Assembly (NCBI GenBank): GCA_964035545.1
Contig: OZ037767.1
Span: 2,305,680-2,369,679, forward strand
Reading direction: 5' to 3'
DNA length: 64,000 nucleotides
From: Bugula neritina
Lineage: Eukaryota; Animalia; Bryozoa
Shown here: positions 1 through 10,267 of the stretch, in pieces
How the letters are laid out: every line of letters starts with the position of its first letter
Numbering within the stretch: position 1 is the stretch's first letter
The notes under the pieces: generated by a model
Told to the model about the DNA's origin: nothing
Seen by the model: only the letters and a program-made list of their open reading frames with translations
The model's database searches: none
Made by a program: the position numbers and the translations under genes

Positions 1-1722
1 CAGTACTTTCCACTTCCAGAGCCCGTCGCGAGTGATGAATGCTGCTTTGTCCTGGGCATCAGGACTGAGGGGTACTTGCCAGTACCCGCTAAGCAGATCC
101 AAAGTACTGAAGTACTTGCTACCCGCGAGGGCATCTAGAGACTCATCTATCCGTGGGAGAGGGTAGGCGTCCTGGATGGTAACGCTGTTGAGTCTGCGGT
201 AGTCCACACAGAATCTCCAGCTACCATCCTTCTTCTTGACCAGGACTACTGGAGAGCTCCACGCACCGTGGGCAGGCTCAATCAGATTCCGGTCGAGAAG
301 ATCCTGTACCTGTCGGCTCACCTCCTTCTCCTTCTCCGGGCCTAGACGCCGGGTAGGCTGCCTAATGGGAGTGGTGCCGGCTGCCAGGGGTATCTCGTGG
401 GAGATGACCTTGGTCAGCCCCATGTCTTCATCGCCACGACTGAAGACATCACTGTACTCTGCAAGTAGTTGAGCCAGTACTTGGCGTTCAGTACTACTGG
501 TACAGTTTCGGCACGCTCCATCGTATAGGTCAGCCACATGCTCCGGGACTGCTCCTCGTCTGGTGTGAGGGGGTTTACCCTGGGTGTCGGCCACTGTCTC
601 CAGTGCCGGACCCACATCCGCTTCCTGGATGGAGTGGTACTTCCCCACCAGCGCTCCGGCCGATAATCGGATAGGTTCCGTGAAGGGGTTGATGCACTGC
701 ACGAGGAGCTCCTGCCGACAATCTAGCCGATTCAGGCTGTTTGCTAGTCGGATCGCTCCGTGCGTTCCCTCAACCACCCCCAGGCCGGCGATCCCTTTGC
801 AGTTGACTCTGCAGCGAAGAGTCGCCTGGGATCTCCCCGGAACCGTGCAGTCCCGCACTACCTGGACTCCGCCCACCAAGGGCCTTCCGAACTTGTCGAC
901 GCAGACAAGCTCCTTCCCAGCCATCACCACCACTGACTTCTGGAAATCCATGTAACACTGGTGTTCCTCCAGAAACGGCATTCCCAGGATGGCGTCCTCC
1001 TTCAGCTGGCTGACTATGAACGTCTCGTGAATTGCTTGATCACGGACGCGTCCAGGTAGTGAAATGACGCCGTAGAAAGGAATGCATGATCCGTCCGCCA
1101 ACGTACCATGCGCACCTTCATACGGCTCGAGGCTCGCCCGCTCTCGTGCACCAAGAGTGTCAAAGAGACGCCTACTCAGCAGGTTGGTAGTGCACCCAGT
1201 ATCCAGTAGGAATGTGGCAGCTTTACCCGAAATCTTTCCGGGCAGGAAGTAGCTGCTTCCATACGGCTGGGTGCTCCTGGAGCGGTCAGTCTCTGGGGGA
1301 GACACAACTTGGGTCCGCACAGCGGGCCTCCTCTTCGTCTTAGAGACAACGGGGGTTTTCTGAGGTCGGGAGGGTAGCTTGGGGTACTCTTGCGAGTAAG
1401 CTGAATCCTCCTCCACAACCTCCTCGGGCAACCCCGCGAACCGGTTACGGAGTGGCCAGGCTGGAGGATCGGGTAGACCTTGCGGTCTCCGAGATCTCCG
1501 AGGTGCCTGCCATCCTGCTTCTTCTAGCTGCATCCGGGTCTCGAGTGACACGGCCGGAGGATCGGGTAGACCTTGCGGTCTCCGAGGTCTCCGTGGCCTC
1601 TGCCACTCGGTATCGGCAGACCCTGTGGAGGTCTCTTCTTCTCCTCTTCGAGTCCTATCCCGGATGGGATTGGCGTGAGGCCCACGGTTGGCGGAAGTTA
1701 CCGTGAGCCTTGGGTGTTTAAA
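1..1722 (-). CDS. pol: Pol polyprotein (aspartic protease + N-terminal half of reverse transcriptase), partial, in -1 frame relative to gag
   Basis: Hand translation is open from ~1722 to the window edge: FLLDTGCTTNLLS (protease), DAILGMPFL, WSSPVVLVKKKDGSWRFCVDYRRLN, DAYPLPRIDESLDALAGSKYFSTLDLLSGYWQVPL (RT). Confidence 0.96.
1658..1722 (-). promoter_or_regulatory. Programmed -1 ribosomal frameshift signal (U UUA AAC slippery heptamer + downstream stem-loop/pseudoknot)
   Basis: Minus strand CCT TTA AAC in gag frame (heptamer 1722-1716); 6-nt spacer; GGCUCACGGU (1709-1700) pairs with ACCGUGGGCC (1688-1679); pol is in the -1 frame. Confidence 0.88.
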
Positions 1723-2603
1723 GGCCCTTGGCCTCTAGGGCAGTGCCTCCTCACGTGCCCATGCGCCCCGCACCCCCAACAGGTTAGCAGAGATGAGCGG
1801 ACAGGGTTGTCCCGTGAATGGGGAGCCCGCCTATCCGCCTGTTCGTTCTGCAACTTCGTCACCGTAGCCTGCAGGCCTTTCATCATGTCCATTAACATGG
1901 TGAGCTGCGTCTGCTCGGGTGATTTAGTTGCAGCTGCTGCTACCTGTGGAGTTGGAAGTGGGGTGGTCTCCTCATGCTCCTCGACCACTTGGCGGGCTGT
2001 ATAGCTCAGTCGCCTAGGCTCTTCCACCTGGAAGTAAGCCTTCCCCATTTCCAGCGCTTCCTCTATACTGTTGACCTTGGCGGCCAGCCAGTATCGCTGC
2101 AGGTCCGGGTGATTCACGCTCCGGAAGAACGCGTTATAAACGAGGCGCTTCCGGTCGTCGCCAGTGGCATGACCGAAAGCAGCCTGAGCCAGGCGCTCTA
2201 CCTCGTTAGCGTGATCTTCCAGAGGAGTCTTCCGGTCTCTCCTCATTATCTGCAAACGATCAGCTGCTTCTTCGGCTGTTAGGCCGAACCGGGCTCTCAG
2301 AGCCCGCATAATGTGCTCTTCATCAGGCCCAAGAGCAAAGCTCTTGGCCCGGCCTGTCAGACAGGCCCGGAGTTGGAGGATGCGCACCCGTACTGGCCAT
2401 TCAGCGATGGTGGCCACATCCTGGAACTCCCTGATGAATTGCTCTACGTCTTCTTCTCCTCCGAAATTCGGGGGCTGGAGGCGATACCTGTCACCAGGTG
2501 ATGCCCGTCCTTGACCCCGCAATCCCTGGAGGGCTGTGACCAGCGCCTCAACCGTGAGGGCTGGTGGTGTTGCTGCCTCAGGGGCTGAGTCCCCTGGGGC
2601 CAT
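1698..2603 (-). CDS. gag: Gypsy Gag (capsid + one CCHC zinc knuckle), 301 aa
   Basis: Intact ORF just downstream of the PBS; PPNFGGEEDVEQFIREF capsid-like start; CWGCGAHGHVRRHC knuckle. Confidence 0.93.
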   Translation of the reverse strand: MAPGDSAPEAATPPALTVEALVTALQGLRGQGRASPGDRYRLQPPNFGGEEDVEQFIREFQDVATIAEWPVRVRILQLRACLTGRAKSFALGPDEEHIMRALRARFGLTAEEAADRLQIMRRDRKTPLEDHANEVERLAQAAFGHATGDDRKRLVYNAFFRSVNHPDLQRYWLAAKVNSIEEALEMGKAYFQVEEPRRLSYTARQVVEEHEETTPLPTPQVAAAATKSPEQTQLTMLMDMMKGLQATVTKLQNEQADRRAPHSRDNPVRSSLLTCWGCGAHGHVRRHCPRGQGPLNTQGSR

Positions 2604-2634
2604 TGCGCGCCGCTCGGCAACTAGTTATTCGAAA

Positions 2635-2652
2635 ATCCCACCGCTGCCACCA
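2635..2652 (-). promoter_or_regulatory. Primer-binding site complementary to tRNA-Leu 3' end
   Basis: TGGTGGCAGCGGTGGGAT 1 nt after the LTR end (...CTACA); complement ATCCCACCGCTGCCA-CCA matches the 3' end of metazoan tRNA-Leu(AAG/UAG). Confidence 0.88.
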
Positions 2653-2653
2653 A

Positions 2654-2984
2654 TGTAGTAAACTGTGGGTTCTGAATGCAACTAGTGCCTACATGCTCTA
2701 GAAAGAATAAGCCAAGTATTTGAGTACAAATGAGGATAACCTTTATTGTATCAGATACAGCTCATGTGGTCCTACTACCAGCGAGCTCCAGTAGTAGTCT
2801 GAATCTACACTGGAAACTCGCCTGCTTTTATACACAAGAATTCACATCTAGAATGTTCCAACAGACAAAAGAAAGTTAAGCTTGACAGTAACAAAAGAAA
2901 AATAGACAAAGGAGAATGAATAATTCAATAGGCCAAGAATTTAGCTATAATAACAACCTATTGAAGGCATTCATAAAAGCTACA
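2654..2984 (-). repeat. 5' LTR (~331 bp)
   Basis: TGTAG...CTACA inverted termini; TATAAAAG at ~2832-2825 and AATAAA at ~2747-2742 on minus strand; abuts PBS. The outer boundary is inferred because the second LTR is not in the window. Confidence 0.72.
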
Positions 2985-3888
2985 CAAATTTCCAGTATCA
3001 GTATTAATGCAAAACGATGAAATAGCAAAAGGGGAAAATAACTCTGGAAATGCGTATTTAATGAAAATTACATTATACTGAAAGCTTAATCACAATAATA
3101 AGGCATTAGAAAGCTAGTGCAACTTAGCTACAATTACAGCATTCAAAATATACGCAACAGTAATTATAATACTGACACACGCAGTTACTTGAAAACAGTA
3201 GAGGATGAGAATCTATCACAATATAATTATATTCATTTGGTTATGATTACACCAATAACTTTTTTAGTTTTAGATTTTTCTTTATGCCAATACGATAGCT
3301 TAAGGTTTTAAATCTTTAAAACAAAGCAGAGCCACTTGTAGCTGAATAGCTTCCTTGTCCACATCTTCAGAATTTAATTATTTAAGGCTTAGCACAATTT
3401 ATGTGTTAACTGTGGGTTACTCCCAGTGATTCACTGGTTTTTATACCACTATTGTGTTACATGTTTCATGCATAAATATACTTTTAGCTGAAATAAAATA
3501 AATACAGGTATGCATGTGTAAACTTTAATAGCACTCATATTTAAATTAGGAGCTGGTTAAAGTATAGTTATGATCAGCCAATACTTCACTAATTTATAAC
3601 ACTAGGTAATACAATTAAGTAAGCTAAAGGAAAATTCTAAATATTAGTTTAAAGCTTAAGATGCAGCACTGCTTACTAATGAGAAGACAACTTTCCTAGA
3701 CTTAAGTTTGCTCTAAATTGGCTTTCTCTTACTTGAATGATAAAATTTAAAAAATGATCGTAGCAACATTTGTTATACTTATGAACATCATTATATTATT
3801 TTTATATCCTATTTAATTACTACAGGCTTTAAGCTTATTCCGCAATGTGTAAAATGTAAAATAGCAGGTTAGTGTTGAAATTTCCCAG

Positions 3889-3960
3889 TAGCCCCATTAG
3901 CATAATGGTTAGTACGCTGGCTTGCAAGTTGGAGGTCTGAGGTTTGATTCTCAGTGAGAA
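3889..3960 (+). mobile_element. Degenerate tRNA-derived SINE-like head (family shared with 42392 and 45843)
   Basis: A-box TAGCATAATGG, core GCTTGCAAG..GGAGGTC, B-box-like GGTTTGATTC; similar to the two other copies. Confidence 0.6.
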
Positions 3961-4007
3961 GTTTATACAGAAACTTCTACAGACATAGAATGTAGGCAGT
4001 TACTTAC

Positions 4008-4487
4008 CCAGGTTTCCCCAACCACCATTAGTTATAAGTACTGTGAGATGATCAGCTGAAGCCCTTCCCTTTGCAAACTCTGCAATAGCTGCATTCAATC
4101 CTAAATCAGAAAATGTTTTAGTCTGCAGTTGTTTGTATACAGAGCAGTTTATAATGAACAACGGATACCGCTAATATGTGGAAACTGAAAAGTAAAAAAT
4201 GTTATAAATCACCTACCAAAGTAGATAGCATCAGCTTTCATACCTGTATTAAAGTATACTCTTTACCTGGGAAATCGCTTGAAGCAGCACAAAGTCTGTG
4301 GTCATTGATGAGTGCAGTGGTTAAGGGTCTTAAGTTTTGAGTTGGGGGTTTGGGGCTTAGACAATGATGGTTATACAAATACTGCACTTAATGACCCCCT
4401 AAACTCTATACTGCATTTATAGTAATTCCCCTTTACCTGAGTATACACTAGCTTTCATACCTGCACTAAAGTATACGCTTTACCTCA

Positions 4488-4555
<68 letters not shown>

Positions 4556-5707
4556 ACCTTCATACCTGTTTAGTGTGCTCTACTATGGCTAAGCTATACC
4601 AACTTGTACAGAATCTACTGTATACAACATATTATAGTCTGAGTATACAACCTATATAGTCTACCTACACAAATACTTGTACTAATATAACCATATACCT
4701 GTGCTGAGATAGGAGCTGCCAGCCAATAAGGTCATGTTCTCTACACTGGAAGGTAAAGTACACATGTCTGCGTCTGACGACAAAGAGACCACAACCTTAG
4801 CTGTGTCAGAGAAAGTTACCACAGCCGCCTGTCAGATAGAAATAATACACTTTATTTGTTTGTTTCTTTGTACTTGTATAAACTCAATATAATTATATAA
4901 AATATGGGCACTTTGTAGAAACTATAATATGTATAAAAATAGAATAGGAGAATTTCCACAGGGCATTATAGTATGGTATGTTGTACACGCACCTTTGTGT
5001 ACTCAGGTGAAATTACAAATAACTGGGTGAATGCCTTTAAAAACTGTTTGGTCCAGTAATGTTGGGGGGCGGTGAGAGCCCCTTCGTCAATTATGAACAC
5101 CACATCAAGGACATCAGCTATCTTAGCCGATTCTTGTATAGATGTGAAGATTTTCACAACATCTTCAGGGCAGGTTACATCAGGATCTTCGAACAAACAA
5201 ATAAAGTAGACTTATTCGGTGAACAGCAGTGGTGTAGTAGCTAAAGCGCTGACTTAGTAAGCACAAGGTCATAGGTTCAAATCCTGATGATGGCATTTGG
5301 TTGCAAAATTGCTCTTTTACCATGCTGGAAACAAGTCATCAGTTTGCTTAAAAGCTCTCGACCATCAGGGGTTCTTACAGTGGTGGAGACATAAAAACAC
5401 AATGTGAGTTTCATCAGGTGCAAATTAAATGGGTCAATTTATTCTCTAACGGTTAAGGCATGCATGACTATGCAATAATTCCACATTCATATTAACATGT
5501 AATTAAAAATATGAAACTATATTTTATCAATCGTCTTCTCTTAGCAGCATGTATCATGGAATACTAGATTTTATGATAATAGAGTTTATACTCAGACTCA
5601 AGGATCTTACCTGTTGCCAAGTTACATAACGCTGCGGCATCAACTGCGGTGAGCAGAGGCAGCAGCAAGTAGCTGAATAGTAGTGCAGGTGGTTGAAAGT
5701 TCTTCAT
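4008..5707 (-). CDS. Secreted von Willebrand factor A (VWA) domain protein, 5' exons (3' end beyond the Gypsy insertion)
   Basis: Exons 5707-5611, 5186-4993, 4828-4699, 4100-4008, all GT-AG with matching phases. Signal peptide MKNFQPPALLFSYLLLPLLTAVDA; VWA strands LDVVFIIDEG, KAAVVTFSD, LSTGLNAA, LTVLITNG. Confidence 0.82.
4490..4552. repeat. (TA)n microsatellite
   Basis: Direct inspection. Confidence 0.95.
5226..5405 (+). mobile_element. tRNA-derived SINE, degenerate (family shared with 50217)
   Basis: tRNA-like head (TGGTGTAGTAG..., TAGTAAGCAC, GGTTCAAATCC) followed by a body sharing AATTGCTC and CCATCA.GGG.T..CT.ACAG motifs with the 50217 copy. Confidence 0.6.
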
Positions 5708-7124
5708 GGTTGTCAACCGGGAAACTTCGTACTCAGTTAATCGCAGTTGTTTCAATACAAAGTATCACCTGTCAGTTCACACTCATGGTGTGTTATATAC
5801 TTTAATATCAAGCTAATCTCAGACATGGTGCCCACCTTCATATTTATATATAAATTATAATTTGCTAGCCTACCTATTATACAGTAGTATTATATATGCG
5901 CAGCGTGTACCAGTACTCACAACTATTCGTTGTCCACCTAACTTTCATATTCTTGATTTACGCGAATCAAATTGATTGCATTTGAATTTGATAGCCAAAC
6001 AAAAAATCCAAAACCAACTTTGAAGTTACTAAAGTTAAAATAAATTGTAGATAAATCTATAAATATGTGAGTCTATGAACATATGGGCGTGTAAATTGTA
6101 TAAATGTATTGGAATATAATATATATGTATGTGCATGTATGCAGTGTGTGTTTGGCAACACAGTAGAATAAGGTGACATAGATAATAATCTAGCAGTGAT
6201 AAAAGTAATGGTGTATATGTTTATATTGTGAATCATATTTATTTGCAGAATAGAAATCTAATACTAATATGTAGTTGTGTACAGTGACCTGCATTATTTA
6301 GGTATATGTAGATAAAATGAATATTATATATTGCTTTGATATGCTTCTAGTATCTAAATATAAATATTTATTTTAAGTTTATGATACCACATCAATTTTG
6401 ATTTTATGTATTGTGTCATTTCATAGTACAAAGTGATTCAAAAATTAAAAGTTGTAGTAGCGTATAAATAGTAAGTATGGGACAAAACTAGAAATGTTTG
6501 ATAGAATAATTATTTAAGGAGGTATTTTCAGAATTAGGTTTGCTATATTTCTAAGAACAACATGCATTCTATAATAAAATTCGAAAATCAGGTAGCGCTG
6601 GCAAACCATTCTATACAATTCCTCAAGTATTGTAGGTATCAGAATATTTGTTAAGTTATACCCATGAGTATAAATCATATCAGTTCTTATTATAGACAAA
6701 GTTGGTAACTCATCATGTGATGTTGACCACATAGATAAAAGATTAACATGTTTTTATAACTTAAAAGCTTAATCATATATGCTCCTTATCAGCTAGCTGT
6801 GGTAAGTTGTGTTTGGTGGGTTGTGGTGATAAAAACAGAACCAGTTTTATCAAAATATAACTTTGAACCTGTCTCTGTCTATCTTATCCAGCAGGTTATG
6901 GTCAGTTATCACATGTTGTGCGGCCATTTTTAGGTAAAGAGTAGAAAAAAGATTTTATTTAGAAAAATTGCAATATATCTTATATTTGCTACAATTATAT
7001 CGTTACAGCACTTTCTAAAAAATCTGTTAAAAACAGCATAGCTAAAGTTTCTTTATTTATAATTGTTTTGTCACATCACACAGTGTAGCATATTTTATTG
7101 GTAAAGTCATTGTTAATGAACATT

Positions 7125-8327
7125 TTAGGCCAAGACATATATTAGGTAGCTGGTTAATGCAGCAAAGAGAACAGTGATCTTATTGGTAGAGGCAGCGCTG
7201 ACTATGATCTCAATCTCCGCAGGTTCGCCATTGCAGTAGTCTGTCTCACACTCACACACCTTTGAGAATGGTGAGAGGGGTTTGCAGAATTCACCATGTG
7301 ACTTCTCACAGTATCTCTCCACTAGGTAGGAATAGACAGAAAAGCTATATAGTGCACATGAATAGATCAAATATATTACTTATTGGAACTATGTACCTAT
7401 AATACACATATTTATTTGCTATAGTTTTCTAAAAGTGCTATAAACAATTTATATTAGAACAGGTTGAAGTAAATTTATTTTTCAAAGACAGCTCACTGCA
7501 TGCATTTTTGAAATAGTACAGTATTATATCTGATGCACTAATATTCCACTCTAAGAGTTTATCTACAGTCTACACTCAGGCATTGTAAGGAAAAACAAGG
7601 CTGTGTGTGTGCGTGGGTGTGTTGTTTGTTGTGTTCGTACCATTAATTCCACCGTCAGCATCTCCGGCTGTGTAGGTAGCACAAGATGAACTTTCACCAC
7701 AATTTGTGGTCTTCATTTTAGAGTCCATCGGCCGAAGACAGCCGGGGTCATTGTTGGAGCTGCAGACGTAGCACTCCAAACTCTGGCTCAGTGCCAAACA
7801 AGCTGTAAGATGCAGCAAAATGAGAAAACTTTACTTAATAAGCAAAGAAGAAGTAAAAATTGGTCCAAACCTTTGTTAGTTGTTTAAAGCTTTTGTAATG
7901 CAAATAGATGTAGGCCAGCAGGTAACTGGAATAGTATGACAAACGTTCGTTTAAAATAATTAAAAATAAAAGCAATTTTCATGCAAATGCTAAATGCATG
8001 CATCTATATTATATGTCATTGTACATCTACTGTTCACACATTATATATAATATATTATAATATAATATAATATAGTATAATATGGTATATAAAATATAGC
8101 ATATATACATTTTAAATACACTAACATCTAATATCATAATTGAGTACTCCATGCAAGTATAATATATGCAGATTGTCAATAAATACCATAAGTGGCAATC
8201 AATGATAGAAATTCAAGTTGCAATTTTTTAAAAACAAAAATTAATTACTTTGAACTAAAAATATTATGTTAATGCTTAAGAACATTGACTCACCAGAAAT
8301 AATTAAAACAGACGACAAAACCTTCAT
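7125..8327 (-). CDS. Ly6/uPAR three-finger protein A (quiver/sleepless-like, predicted GPI-anchored), 130 aa
   Basis: Exons 8327-8294, 7802-7641, 7321-7125 (phase 1 introns). Signal peptide, LECYVC start, 10 Cys, CECETDYCN end motif, hydrophobic C-terminal tail. Confidence 0.9.
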
Positions 8328-10267
8328 TCTGGCAGGTTAATTTCTCGAGACAATCTTATCAACAGAAGAAATCTCAGCAGACTGAATCTAATGTAACCTT
8401 TCTTCTAAGTGACTAGTTTGATAAAGGTGCATTTACTGTAATACTGCAGCTAGTAGCCAATGGAGTAAAGAGATTTTATTTACATTTCTATGTGTAAATT
8501 GAATCTGAGCAAACAGTTTTAACCCACGTACCAGATCAAAGCTCATTGTATACAGATTGGTGGCTCTCATATATAAATTTGACTATATAAACCATTTCTA
8601 CATCAACAAAACATTGCATAAACTTTTTGAAGGGAAAGTTATCTGCCCCTAAGTGAATTTGCCATTAAAATATAGTCGAATAAGAATTATGCAATATTTA
8701 CTTGTTGTGTTTTAGTCCAACATTTTTATCGTTGAACACTTTTTACATCTGTTGCACACAGACTATTAGTAAACTCTTTCGTCAAGCTAACAGAGCAAGC
8801 TTTCTTATGTTTTTCTGGAACTTTTACATTTCTATTAGCTTTTCACTATAATAAAGCAATCGAGTGCTTCATTCATACTACGAAACTACTGCTGAAACCT
8901 GGTATTTTTAAGGAGCTCTAAAAAACAATATACACAGAGCAACATTTTAACGTCTGCTTGTAACAAAAATTGCAGCAAAATGGCTGAGTAACACTACTGG
9001 AACAGCTGCTAATCTTTAGCTGCAAGGCCTGTTTTTTATGGTTATATATTGATTGAACCAGAATGTTGGTGAAGCATTGTCTCGTACTGGAAAGTTTTAT
9101 CTTATTAACATGTATAGGTAACACGCATTGCTTAGTTATAAATGATAATAGACTGTGAGCTGCTTTTTAATGAAACCTCGGGTGTAAACTGCAGCTTTAA
9201 AACTGAAAACCAAAATATTGAATGCAGAAGCGCTTTTATCTCCACTGAGAAATATTTTTTGTAAATCAACATATGGAAGTTATTTAATAAAAAAGCAAAT
9301 TGATTTTATATGGATTAACCATGCTCTTTCAATAAGTAATATGAAGTGCTATAATCTACAATTGAATTTCACACTAGGAGTAATTGAGTTATGTAGTAAT
9401 TAGTAAAACAATAACATGGCTTCGTTAAATCAATATTTATTCATTGATTATCATGTCTTTATAACAGAAAGTGTTTTGTTGCTTGTCGTTATAGATCAGT
9501 GTTAGTCTTTGTGGATACTGTGTTATTGTTCTCGGTTTCTCTTTGTAGACAGTGTCATTGTTATGTAACATAGAAACTACAATAGTTTAGTACATACAGT
9601 GGCTCTGGTAAGTTTATATTCTTGCTAAAAATAATAAATTTATCGCTACACCTTAAAACATATGAGAAATTGTATTTAAATTTACTTAATGCTGTTAATA
9701 ATTCTGTCAAATGTATTTTCTTAACTCAAATAGTTAGTTCTATGAATTATAAACGCATTAAATTTAATTTGAGTTGATTTCAGAAAATAACAGAATTGTG
9801 ATTAAATTCTCAAATTTTTTGTTGATTAGATTAATGGAAATTTATTTAGGTGCCAGTAAATTTGTAGAGTTTCAGTTCTTTAAAATAATTTTACCACCCC
9901 TGGTTTGGAGCATGGAATGATTTTTGCAAGGATTACATTTTTGATTTATGACACATACTTTTTACAAATTCATAATTACTTCATCTGCTTTTAAAGTACA
10001 TAGTTTTTAATCATATGGAAATTGTATGAAAACACATACGTATAGTCTTATTTTAGCTACCGTCTTAAAATACCTATCATGGTTTTTAGCTCAATTTCTG
10101 ACCTTTTAGTTGTCATTATTGAACTATATAAAAATAAAAGATAAATATACTATTAAATGACATGCATACAAAATAACATATGATCACAAAAACTATAAAC
10201 AATTACATGTTGCATGATTCACTCTTAGACTAGGTTACTTCCTGAGATTACTCCATATACTGTCATC

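Larger units (their letters stand above)
1..2984 (-). mobile_element. Ty3/Gypsy LTR retrotransposon, 5' portion (3' part lies outside the window)
   Basis: GC-rich block on minus strand ordered 5' LTR (2984-2654), PBS, gag, protease, RT with no stops in the pol frame. Protease followed directly by RT, and the RT motifs, fit Ty3/Gypsy. Confidence 0.97.

Noticed and set aside
236-2514. Plus-strand and alternate-frame ORFs over the Gypsy element
   Set aside because: Shadow ORFs of GC-rich gag/pol with no recognisable motifs.
1-2984. Left Gypsy as the direct parent or helper of the 13420-17094 element
   Set aside because: Different LTRs, different primer tRNA (Leu vs Ser), different gag type and different recoding mode.
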